From NCBI RefSeq assembly GCF_009914755.1, contig NC_060933.1: a DNA stretch of 64,000 nucleotides; one strand, given 5' to 3'. The position numbers were made by a program, and so were the translations under genes. The notes beneath the pieces were generated by a model. That model made no database searches and was not told the origin of the DNA. It saw only the letters and a list, made by a program, of their open reading frames with translations. The DNA comes from the human T2T-CHM13v2.0 reference genome, Homo sapiens. Positions 39,330-52,100 of the stretch are shown here, piece by piece. Within the stretch, counting starts at the first letter, position 1; each line of letters opens with the position of its first letter.

Positions 39330-39575
39330 AGTAGAATAAAGAGTGGATATGGAAACAAGAGATCTTGGGTTTAAGCCCCTGTTCTTCTGTTTCTTACTTA
39401 TGTTACCTTTTACATAGTTGAGGTCAGGTGAGAATTATTATCCTAAGACCATTTCTGGTAAGAATCAAGATAGCTCTGCTGTGGGATTCCCAGGGATGAT
39501 ATAAAGATTAACTGTGCTAAGTGAAAGTGCATTGTGCACTATGAAACAGTATCAGAATATAAAGTAATTCTATTA
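39330..39575 (+). mobile_element. MIR SINE
   Basis: 'gtagaataaagagtggatatggaaacaagagatcttgggtttaagccc' and 'cagggatgatataaagattaactg...gtgaaagtgcattgtgcact'. Confidence 0.65.
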
Positions 39576-40189
39576 TTAATTTTAGTATTATTAAAAATTA
39601 AAAACTTAAGCAAAGAGGCTATTTTTTCATAAGCCAACTATTTTTTCTCATATATACCACTGTTTGACCCTTTCTTGGTAATACATTGTCCTAGCTGAAA
39701 TTGTTAGGAGATTTCATTTCATGCCGGTAAACACAGCCTCCAGTTTGTGGCACTGCTACTGTGGATTCCTCAATTTCTGTTGTATGTACTATTCATCTAT
39801 GTATCCAAACTACTTCACACATAGTAGGCACTCAGTACAGGATTGATAGACCTATAACTGAACAAATGAGAAAGATGAGGACTTATATAAAAACAGATGG
39901 AGTTAAAAATTTTTATTGGACACAAGATCATGGTACTAGCAACTCCCCCATCTGAAAAGAAGCTGTCATAGTCATGGTCCCTGCTACACAGGAAGCTGTC
40001 ATTTCCACCAGCTGAATGATTTATAACAATTTATTGAAATTGGGATGGGCACCAGATCCAAGGACAGATACATCCATAGATTAGCTAGGCAGCAAGGCTG
40101 TGTCATGAATCTCATCTTCCTTGACCACAAAAGGAAAGGCAAGAAGTAACCACTCAATCCAAAGCCAGGTCAATCAGACACCCTTACCA

Positions 40190-40772
40190 CAAACATTCTA
40201 TTTCATCTTGTCCTTGATAACACAATCTGATGTTTGTACAAGAATCAATTGTTTAGGAAAGTTGACTCTATTCCCCTGATCACATTTAAAACATGATTAG
40301 TCTAAGTCAAACATAGTAGTCTCATTCCCCTTGTCAGCATTTGGCTTAGTCATAGCATGTGTCATAATTCCGGTTAATGAAATGTGAGGTTGATGTGGGA
40401 AAGTCTCCGGGTGAACTTCTGGAAAAGGTTTCTTCATTCTTAAAAAGAAAACTTAGTAAGAGCAGTGCCTTCTTACACACGATGTTGCTATGTCTGGCTA
40501 AGATGGCTTAGATAGGATACAGTAATGATCATGAGGAGGAGTTAGCCCTAGAACAAAGCCACCACGCTGAGCATAGCAGATCAGATTCACGTATAGAACC
40601 TAGATCCTTGGGTCATCAATGGGATTTGCAGGGATGATATAAAGATTAACTGGCCCAGAAAGGCCCTATTTCAGGACTTTATGTTATTAGATAACAGACT
40701 TTCCTTATTGTTTAAGCCAATTGAATCAGGGTTTTCTGTTATTTGTAACTAACAACACAGTAACAAATACAG
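40190..40772 (+). mobile_element. ERVL LTR (LTR16-like)
   Basis: End 'ttccttattgtttaagccaattgaatcagggttttctgttatttgtaact...aaataca'. Interior resembles 40-440. Confidence 0.7.
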
Positions 40773-41599
40773 CAAATTTAGACACAGACCAACTACCTAT
40801 GTTGCTGTCACATGCAGACATGCAGAAGGATAATCTAACTTTTAATTCTTTTTTCTTTTTCAGAAATTAGAATTTGAAACAACGGAAAGAGAGAAATTTT
40901 AGGTTAGTAGCTAAATCCCCAAGGATACTAATTAGAGAAAGATGTAGGAATTGCCTTAATGAGTCACTGCCAACGCAAGTCCTAAGGAAGCAAAGACTGT
41001 GAGTAAGCAAAGGTAGCCAGCTGCTGGGAAGAGGACAATAGAGGAAAAGGTCAGAGGGACTTTAAAAGACTGACTGTGGGCTCCCTGAGGGAAGGAGGGA
41101 TGGAGAGAGTATCGGGTCCTATAGAATACCTTAATTGTTTTTATGACTTCTCTTTTCCATATCCAGTTCACATGTACTCCTTTCTGTGCATTAAATTGAG
41201 TTTCTATTGGCTTCTTTGTAACAAAAAGAACTGAACAGAAACACATATCTATTGGACAAAGAGCAATAAAATGATATAATAACTGTATCTGAGGGTTTTT
41301 TCATTTTAAAGAATAAAACAAAACAAAAATCAAACAAAAAAAACCATCTATCTGATGTTGCTCCACTCCCAACAGCATCACTAACCGGTATGTACCCAGC
41401 TTCAGCTAAATATCCCTAAAACACCTCTTACTTTCCAAGGCAAAGTCTCCCACTGTTGAGTCGTGTTGACTGATAAAAAGTTCCCTCTGGGGTAAAAAAA
41501 TGAAATTAGTTTTACCTATCCTGGGGTCACCTCCAAATACATATGCCTGTAATGTATTTCAATTAGAATACATTACACACTCCCTGTCACCTTCACTAG

Positions 41600-41776
41600 G
41601 AGAAAATCAGCAAAGTCAACCAGCATTTTTAGTTGGCACAACTAAAAGGTACTCCTAGCATCTGGTAGGCGGAGGCCAGGGATGCTGCTAAACATCCTAC
41701 AATGGACAGGACAGCCTCTCACAACAAAGAATTTCCAGCCCAAAATGTCAACTTTGCCAAAGTAGAAAAGCCCTGT
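41600..41776. mobile_element. MER20 DNA transposon
   Basis: 'ggaggccagggatgctgctaaacatcctacaatggacaggacagcc...cagcccaaaatgtcaa...aaaagccctg'. Confidence 0.9.
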
Positions 41777-42174
41777 ACTAAAGGAGACCTTCCATATAAT
41801 AGACGGAACCCCCTCTTAGAAGAGAGGCCTTAGAAATGCTATGGTTTTGGAGCTTTTCTATTGAGCCCCTCATATTTTCCATCAACAGCAAGGCCCAGGT
41901 ATTAATTATATGGTCTTATTCTGTGACCTGGTTTGTCATTCCTGAAATAGCTAAAAGTAAAACAGATGTCATTTCAATATCAAGAAGCAGTGGAACAGAA
42001 AGTGCCAAGGAGCAGGTGTATCAGATACTCAGAGGTGGTAAAGTCATGGCTGTCCATGCTTTGGAGCTAGGGCATCTACAATGCAAAGGAAGATTTTAAA
42101 TGTGAATTTTGTGTTCTGGTCTATGAGTAGATGATTCACGACACTAGTTTGAAAATGCCTGAGTAATAACTTGA

Positions 42175-42620
<446 letters not shown>

Positions 42621-42999
42621 TAGGGGTAGTTCCTACAAAGTTTCGATGGAATTATGTCAGAGGCTCTTATACTTTCACACCATGGCTTGGCAAGTATCTC
42701 AATCTAGGCCAATCAGTCTTTGTTTCCTTAGGATATACATCTTGAGTGAAGTAATGCGTGAATGGGAAACATTTAAAGCTGATTCATGTGAATTGGGATA
42801 GTTCCTGAACAGAATGCCTACGGTTCTTTCTATCTAGATTCTCAATTGTCTCTTGCCTGTGACTCAATTGTTCAATGACCTCTCAATTCTGTAAGTTGTT
42901 TGTACTTACTTTCATTGTTTCTTCTCCTCAGGTAAATTCAGACTCTTTTTGGTTTCTTACACTAAAAAATTATCAACTTTTACAACCATAGAATTAGGC

Positions 43000-43170
43000 A
43001 CTGGAAAGGGAGACTACATTTGGGTTCTCATTGTGTCCCTGCTCTTAATTGGTTATTATGGTGGGAGGAAATCACTTTTCCTCTTCTGGCCTATCTCCCC
43101 ATCCATGAAAGAAGAGTGATGGACCAGGTCATTCTTAAAGGCCCTTCTAGTTCCAAGGTCATAAATTTCT
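43000..43170 (+). mobile_element. MIR3 SINE
   Basis: 'ggaccaggtcattcttaaaggcccttctagttc'. Confidence 0.6.
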
Positions 43171-43356
43171 AGTAAATACCAGACCTTCTTTAACTAGAAA
43201 AGGTAAATTAAACTTTCAACACAACCAGGAGGTGGTGCTCCAGTACCATGATGACACATCACTAACGGTGTCCAAGCAGTATTGCCCCTGTTGGGGCTAA
43301 GGGATTCCAAGAATCCTACAAGGTCTTTCCACACTGTCTGGTTGATTGAGCAAATT

Positions 43357-44321
43357 TTCTTCTATTGTGAAACACATTTTTATGTGTGGCTAATGTGGGA
43401 AGTCTTTGCAGGACCTCTATAGAGATGGATAAGCCTTCTTCCTCAAATGATTTCCTGTTGGTCAGTGTGGGAATATTATTCCTCGATATTTGGTAAGTCA
43501 CAGTGATGTTGCGTGGAGATAAGTGGTGATATTGTGCATGTGGGAAGATAACTAGAGTGAGATGAGCAGCTACAAACATCAGGGGCTTTGCATTCTGGCA
43601 CCAACAGTGCCATGTATTTGATGTGTAACTTTGGGAAATAATCCTGGATTTTGTTTCAGTCACTTCCTCTAAAAAAGATTACATTGCATGAAATCAGTGG
43701 TTCCCAAATTTATATTTTCCCAATGATAAACAGTGGAAAAATATTTTATTAAATAAAGTCATACATGAAATTCTCATATAAAGTACTTCTCAAAACTCTT
43801 TATAAGGGACAGAAACTCAATTCAAACAAGCTTAAAAGTAAAATAGGAAATTTATTACCTAAAATAACCAGGAAATCTAAGTGGAAGAACCATGTCAGAC
43901 ATGGCTGGGTGAGGAATTGAAAGCTGTCATCAGAGATCCACATCTCCATTTCCTATGTACCTATATCTACTTGGCTTTCTTCTCAGTGCGCTCTCAATGT
44001 GTGGCAGCAACATGGTTCTAGGAGAAGAGAAAGAAATAAAAAAGCTGTCTTCCTCATCTCTGCTTTCTTCCTTGGTAGGTTATCCCTCAGGTGCCTCCAT
44101 AGAACATCTAAGTCATAAGGAACAGAACCTGAAAACTATGGGACAAGAAGATCTATAACATTTCTTGCAGCTCTGAGGAACTAGATCTCTAAGTTGTGAA
44201 AAAGGTGACACAGTTCTGTCTCCATTCTTTGTCAGGTTAATGCATTTTCCCATCTCTATAGAGGTCCAGCAAAGACTTCCCACATTAGTCACACACAAAG
44301 ATATGTTTCACAATAGAAGAA
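43357..44321. repeat. 72-bp inverted repeat (43357-43428 / 44250-44321), 67/72 identical, 821-bp spacer
   Basis: Manual reverse-complement alignment gives 5 substitutions and no indels. Confidence 0.95.
43790..44020 (-). mobile_element. MLT1J/K/L LTR fragment
   Basis: 'gacagaaactcaattcaaacaagcttaaaagtaaaataggaaatttatt'. Confidence 0.6.
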
Positions 44322-44784
44322 GAAATTATCTACAGATAAATGGGAAAATGCAAGTTTGGGGAAATGCATTAAACTTGTATTTTCCTCATTATCTGTGGGC
44401 TAGCTATTTATTTAGAAAACAAAATGACAATTTGTCATCTTTGCTTGACTATTTCCTCATTCTCCAGAATATCTGTAACCTCATTTACATCATACAATCT
44501 CTTTGTACATGGTAGGAAACCCAAAGATAAGTTTCTCTACTATTCCAATGACACAATTGAGGAGCAGATAATCAAATAATCCAGTTACCAAAAGATAAGT
44601 ATAAAATATTGTATCTACAAGAGCCCAGTGAAATCACCTTGCCCAACTCAATCATTTTTCACTTAAACAGATAGATCCAAAGGGGGAACTTTTGTTCTCA
44701 ATACCATGTAATATTTTAGTCCCCAAGCAGGAATTGGAAGCCAAGATTGCTGCTTCCAAACTCCTTATTTCATCTAATTGTTGT

Positions 44785-45260
44785 TTCAGTGTAACGAGCA
44801 ATGTCTTTCTCAATAACACAATTCTGATCATATCACTTTTTCCATCAATTATTTCTATGATTTTCCATTTTTAGTAAATGGTATGAACAACTTAGCATGA
44901 CAATCAAGACCTTTTTTGATGCAGGCTCTAGCCTACTTGCCCAGCCTCATCCCTACCACTCCTTGCTCTTCCCATCATGTTTCAGCACAACTGACTCTTC
45001 TTGGCATCCCTTATATGTTTTGCTAGTTTTAGCTTCTAATCTTTGCTCAAAAAATCCCTATGTCTAGAATACTACCCCTTTCCCTCTTTTGTCTCATGAT
45101 TTCTCCTTCTCTAAGATTCATTTCATGGGTTACTCTTTTCGAAGAATCCTGTGATACATCCTCTTCCCCCAAAGTGGTTTTCCCATGGGATCTCATGATT
45201 ATTCCTATGGTTACTCTTACTAAATTAAGTGGAATTGTCATTTTATGGATCTAGCATTTT
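44785..45260 (+). mobile_element. L2 LINE fragment
   Basis: 'tctgatcatatcact', 'cttagcatgacaatcaagacc' and 'gcctacttgcccagcctcatc'. Confidence 0.7.
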
Positions 45261-46600
45261 GCATGTCACTTTGGATAAACAAATTATGTTAATATTCGAC
45301 TTGAAAGATAAGTTGAGGAACGAAAATGCTTTTCCAGGGCCTCTAAAAATACACTAGAGCAGGCATCACTCACTAATGGTTCTCTTTATTCAAAAGCCTG
45401 AACAAAGTTCCAGAATTCTCTACTCCATGATGCAATCACTACCTTTTGATTGAAGTTTGTAAATAAATGGAAACCCTATTTACCATTCCTATCTGTATCT
45501 AAAACAAAAAGTGAAGTATATTTCTTCTAAGGTGTCATATTTATTTGATCCTGAGGTCACTGGAGAAAACCTTGAGGTTACATCTTTGTTCAATAGCAAA
45601 GAGGACTGAAATCTGATAGTGACATCTGCCAATGCACAGGAGGTGAGAATATGGCATACATTATGTCAATATGTTGACTCCTCTGCACTGCAATGGTTCT
45701 CAATCTTTTAATCCCAGTTCTACATTTGGGGGATCACATTTACATCTTGGCAGACTCCAAACATAGTGACAGTGCACTATTGGCCATTTTTACTCAGGTA
45801 AAGAGGGTGCAAATTGCATGCAATCCTCAGTTCTAAGTATAACGACACTTATTTCTCTTACTCTGAAGAAAGTGAACTCAGGTCTAGGTCACGGCTGCAA
45901 CCCAAACCTTCCACTTATCCGTGTCTCTCGCTATTGAGTATCTAGTAATTTATATTCATCTTCAAGTATTTATGGTACTCAAGGATAAAGGAAGCACCTT
46001 ATTCATCTTTGCATCCAAATTTCCTCTTTATATGAGATAAGCTCAAAGTATTTCACATGTTCCTATCCTTAGACTAGCACCTTCAAAAGTCATCTCAGTT
46101 TATCTTTATTAGAATCCTATAAAGCAATTCTGATTATTTACTCCTGGTAAAATAATGTAGGGATAAGATAAAATAACTGATTTACCCAAAATCAGTTTAT
46201 AAATTTCAGAGTTTGGAACCAAGTCATCCTAAATATAAAATGCATTTATTTTATTTCAATGAAACATGCTTAATAAATATTTGCCAGATGACCAAATGGA
46301 TAAATGAAGGGATGTCCAGGCTATAAGAGCTGTTTGAAATATTTTCCACTTCTGGCATAATATGTGTTCCCAATTTATTTGACTGGCCAGCTTTTACTTT
46401 TTTGCCCTACATTTGCACTCTTTGCAGAGAGATATCAGAGTAGAATCCTGCTTGAAAGTTTACCTATATCTTTTCTAAAGCCTCCCTTCATACAAAAACT
46501 ACCACATCAAATACAAATGCTGAAAAAAGAGATATTAAGTTAAAATAAACTTATTGTAGCCATCCCTCGAAGGCTATCTAAAAATACTCATTGTAAAATA

Positions 46601-46602
<2 letters not shown>

Positions 46603-46646
<44 letters not shown>
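46603..46646. repeat. (TG)22 microsatellite
   Basis: Perfect TG run. Confidence 0.98.
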
Positions 46647-46651
<5 letters not shown>

Positions 46652-46790
46652 ATTTTCCTGGAAGAAGGAATTACAATGTTCTCACTCTTTAAGATTCTGA
46701 CCCCTGCAAAAATATTTCTTGATTAGCCACACAAAGGGGATAACATATTTTGTTTCTGAAAAATAAAATAATTGAATAAATTCTGAGTAA

Positions 46791-47281
<491 letters not shown>

Positions 47282-47589
47282 TCACCCACTGTCTTCACTG
47301 CTATGGCTTCCTGTACAATGACTGACACAGGCATTTATCATATTCCCAGTGTACAATTTTTAATAGAAATGAATGATTGTCACTATGTGGTTATTTTCAT
47401 TAAGAGATTTTGATGGCCAAATTTCCCAGGTCTGCATTTAACTGGGTCCACACAAGCTAGTAAGTGCCCAAAGCAAACTTGAAAATGAAAGATTTCATTG
47501 TCATGAAAGATTCTTAAAGATACGAGAATTTTTTTTTACCATAAAATCAGAGAATGTCAAAAATAATGATCCTTCAAACACTGGGATTG

Positions 47590-47830
47590 CAATTTGCAGA
47601 ACGGATTTTGAAGGACAAGAGTGGAAGCTGGCAGCTAGTGAAGTTACTGCTGATCTACTTTAATCAGAGGAGAAATGATAGCGCTTGGGATTAGAATGGT
47701 GGCCGTGGGATGGAAATAGCTCCATGGAATTAGTAGATACGTAGAAAGTAGAATACACAAGATTTTGTGTTCAACTGTAAGACAGTCTACAGGAGGCAGA
47801 GGAATCAAGGATGATTTCCAGGTTTTATTT
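47590..47830 (-). mobile_element. L2 fragment
   Basis: 'gaggaatcaaggatgatttccaggtttt'. Confidence 0.6.
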
Positions 47831-47934
47831 CTACTTTTATCCTAAGTCTGTAATTTTTTTTTTTAACCTAGAAAGTTAAGTTTGTACAAACTTATTACTA
47901 CAATGATTCTTTGTCAGAAATCAAAAATAATCCT

Positions 47935-48252
47935 AGATTATTACCACTGGCTGGGAAGGGTAGGAGGAAGTAGAAGATGAAGAGAGGTTGGTTAATGTGT
48001 ACAAAAGTACAGTTAGAGAGAAGGAATATGTTCTAGCATTTCATAGCACAGTAGGGTAACAGTAGTTATTTATTATATATTTCAAAGTAGCTAGGAGAGA
48101 AGATTTGGAATATTCTCAACACAAAGAAATGGTAAATATTTGAGGTGATGGATGGCATAACTATCCTGATTGATAATTACGCATTGTATACATGTACCAA
48201 AATATCACATGTATCCCCATAAATCTATACAATTGTTATGCATCAATAAAAA
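47935..48252 (+). mobile_element. L1MA 3' end
   Basis: 'aggttggttaatgtgtacaaaagtacagttag...tctcaacacaaagaaatggtaaatatttgaggtgatgga'. Confidence 0.85.
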
Positions 48253-49149
48253 CAATCCTAGAGATTCTTGCCTCTGCATAAATGCTTTTGTAACCTAACT
48301 ATTTCCCCACAGAGCATGCAAATTCCTTAACTTCAATTCCTTAACACTTCATGTATCTTCTCTTTATTTGCCTCTTTCACTACTGGGAATCTGATAGATG
48401 GTTACTATTATACTTAAGGACAGAATATAAGGAGGGAATGGATTTGATGTCTCACTCTGAGCTTGCAAAAATGGAAAAAGCAATTAACTTAATTCAGCCA
48501 AGACTTAATGGCACCCTGTACTTAGTTGGCCTATCAGTGAAATAGAAGATATGGATAAGCAAATACATTTTGAACAATCTTGCTTCTATGTTTTTGTTTC
48601 AGCTACAGTCCTCATTTATCCTATTGAAATTAATGTTCCCAATTTCTAGAAACGGTTTTATATCAGAGCACATAGTCACTTCTCTCTTTGATATCTCTTT
48701 TGACTCCAATAATTATTATTACACAAAATTCTTAATCTGAGTTTAATCTTGCATGTCTACATCACTTCTATTAAGATTTATAAGAAATTCAAATTGAACT
48801 TCCAAATCAGTATTTAATATATACTCTATTTTTTCCATAATTGAAATTCATAATTAATTCTGTAAATGCAGGTTAATATTCCTATACTTACTTCTGTTTC
48901 CCTTAGTGCCTAGCACAGAGCTATACATGTGTTTCATACTTATTTCATGAAGTTCACTCAGCCCTTATAAAATGCCTGCAATGTGCCATATTTTATGAAG
49001 AAAAATTTCTTATAATTTTATGAGAAAAATCTTCTCACTGTTTTACAGATACAAAAACTTTAAAAATCCAAAAATACTAGGTATTTTTCTAAAGAGCTAA
49101 ACAGATCGAAAATGTCAACATGATAATGGTAATGGTGGTGACAATAATA

Positions 49150-52100
49150 ATAAAAGACCTCATTCAATAAAGGCCACCAACAGAACAACGTAAAATCATC
49201 TATTTTGCTATTTATAACATATGTAGAAATAAAACTCTGAACACGATAGCACACAGGATGAAAGAATAATATAAAAATGCTATGTTATAAAGTACTTACA
49301 CTATATATAAAGTGGTATAATATTAGTTAATGGTTGAATAACCACTAAAATGTAAAACGCATTATAACCAATAAAACATAAGTATATGTATCATGGAATA
49401 ATAAAAATAGTCAATTAACCTAAAAGAAATGGGGAGAGAAGAACACATGAGACAAATAGAAAACAATTTGCAGAGTAGTAGATTTACCAAATTTTAATTG
49501 CATAAAATTTAAAGGGTCTAAATGTACCAAATAAAAGGCATAGATTTTCAGATTGGATAAAATGTAAACCATACTTATATATTGTCTATAAGAAATTCAT
49601 TTCAACATAAAGACAGAGAGTTTAGAAGTAAACGGAAAAAGAAGATATGCCAAGGAAAATCGTACCAAAAGAATGATAGAGTAGCTATATTAATATTAAA
49701 CAAAACAGATTCAGAATAACGATATTACTAAAGACAAAGAGAGACATTCCATAATGATAAGAGGTTAATCAACAGGGCATAATTATCTTGAATATGAATG
49801 CATCAAGTATTGAAACTTCAAAGTGCATAAAGCAAAAAACATTAGTAATAGAAAAGGAAAGAAAAATGTACAAATCTAGTTGGAGGTTTCAACACTCCCT
49901 TCTCAGGAACTGATAAAACAAGCTAACAAACATAAAAATCAATAAGGATAGAGAAAATCTGAACAAAATCACAAACCAACCTGACCTGATAAAAATTTAT
50001 AGAATACTTCACCCCAAAGAATAGAACACACCTTCTTTTCAAACAGCATTCACTATTATAGGCCATATTCTAGTACATAAAACAAATTGCAATAAATTTA
50101 AAATGACTGAAATCATGCTCAATGCATTCTCAAAATGAGCTACTATTATAAAAAGTCAACTATTATAAAAAGTCAACTATAGACCAACATTCTTCATGAA
50201 CACAAGTGCAAGAATGTTTTTCAAACAAATTGAATCCAGCAACATCTAAAACATTTAGTACATTATGACCAAATGGGTTTAGTCAGTAATGTAAAATTAA
50301 TTTAACAATTGGGAAACAATGCAATCCATCCTATTATTAGACTATAAAATAAAAAATATATAATCCTCTCAATAGATGCAGAAAAAAACTTTTGATGAGA
50401 TCCAATACATACTCTTAAGTAATTTTTAGGAAAAGTAGAAAAAATAAGAAAAAATTATCAAACTGATAAAGGCACCTAAGAATTCCTAAAGCTAACATAA
50501 AAATTAACAGTGAAATACGAGATGCTTCCCGCTAAAATTAGGGAAAATAGCAAAGATGTTCACTTTCAAAACTTCTGTTTATCATTATATTATTGTTCCT
50601 AGCCAGTGCAACAAGGCAAGAAAAATATCATATAATGTTGAAAAGAAGTGAAGCTGTTTTTATCTGCAGATGATATGATTCTCTATTTCAAATATCCTTA
50701 TAATCTTACAATATATGTTATTAGAATTAATAAGTTAGTTTGGCAAATTTGTAAAATAGAAAGTTTATAAGAAAAAAATAATGTTACCTAAAAAATAAAA
50801 GTCCAGGATCAGACAGCCTCACTGGTGAATTTTGTAAAATATCTCAAGAAGAATTAACATTAGTCTTTCTCAAAATCTTCCAAAAATGTATAAGGAAACA
50901 CTTTCTAACTTATTGTATGAGTCCAGCATTAACCATATAACAAAGCCAGATAAACACATCAGAAAATAAAATTACATACAAATATTCATCATTGAAATGG
51001 ATACAAATAGCCACAACAAAATGCTAGCAAACTGAACTCTATAGCATATCTAAAAGACCAAGTGGGATTTACTGCAGAAATGCAAGAGTGGCTCAACATT
51101 GAAAAAAAATCAAAGTAATACATCATATTCATAGAATAAAGAGGAAAAAACCCACACAATTATCTCAATTGATTTCAAAAAACCATTTGGCAAAAATCCA
51201 ATCATTTAACATCATGTCATGTTAAAAGTACTCAAAACTAGTTTACAGTCCCACCAACAGTGTAAAAGTGTTCCTATTTCTCCACATTCTCTCCAGCACC
51301 TGTTGTTTCCTGACTTTTTAATGATCGCCATTATAACTGGTGTGAGATGCCATTGTGGAAGACAGTGTGGTGATTCCTCAGAGATCTAGAACTAGAAATG
51401 CCATTTGACCCAGCCATCCCATTACTGGGTATACACCCAAAGGATTATAAATCATACTGCTATAAAGACACATGCACACGTATGTTTATTGCAGCACTAC
51501 TCACAATAGCAAAGACTTGGAACCAACCCAAATGTCCAACAATGATAGACTGGATTAAAAAAATGTGACACATATACACCATGGAATACTATGCAGCCAT
51601 AAAAAATGAAGAGTTCATGTCCTTTGTAGGGACATGGATGAAGCTGGAAACCATCATTCTGAGCAAACTATCACAAGGACAAAAAACCAAACACCACATG
51701 TTCTCACTCATAGGTGGGAATTGAACAATGAGAACACCTGGACACAGGAAGGGGAACATCACACACCGGGGCCTGTTGTGGGGTGGGGGGAGCGGGGAGG
51801 GATAGCATTAGGAGATACACCTAATGTAAATGTTGAGTTAATGGGTGCAGCACACCAACATGGCACATGTATACATATGTAACAAACCTGCACATTGTGC
51901 ACATGTACCCTAGAACTTAAAGTATAATAAAATATATATATATAAAAGTACTCAGAAACTAGGAATAGAAGGGAACTTCCTTAACATGGATAAAGGACAT
52001 TTATGAAAAACCCACAGCATGCATCTTACTCAATGGTAAATGGCTGAAATATTTTCCCTGAAGAAACAAGAAAAGATTTCACACTCTGAACACTGTTAGT

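Noticed and set aside
43357-44321. Novel MITE with 72-bp TIRs
   Set aside because: There is no clear TSD, the interior contains older unrelated LTR debris, and the arm identity looks too high for the age of primate DNA transposons.
43316-44515. Two ORFs sharing 'ISIEV.QRLPTL.THK..FHNRR' as paralogous genes
   Set aside because: The similarity is confined to the 72-bp DNA inverted repeat; the flanking peptide is unrelated.
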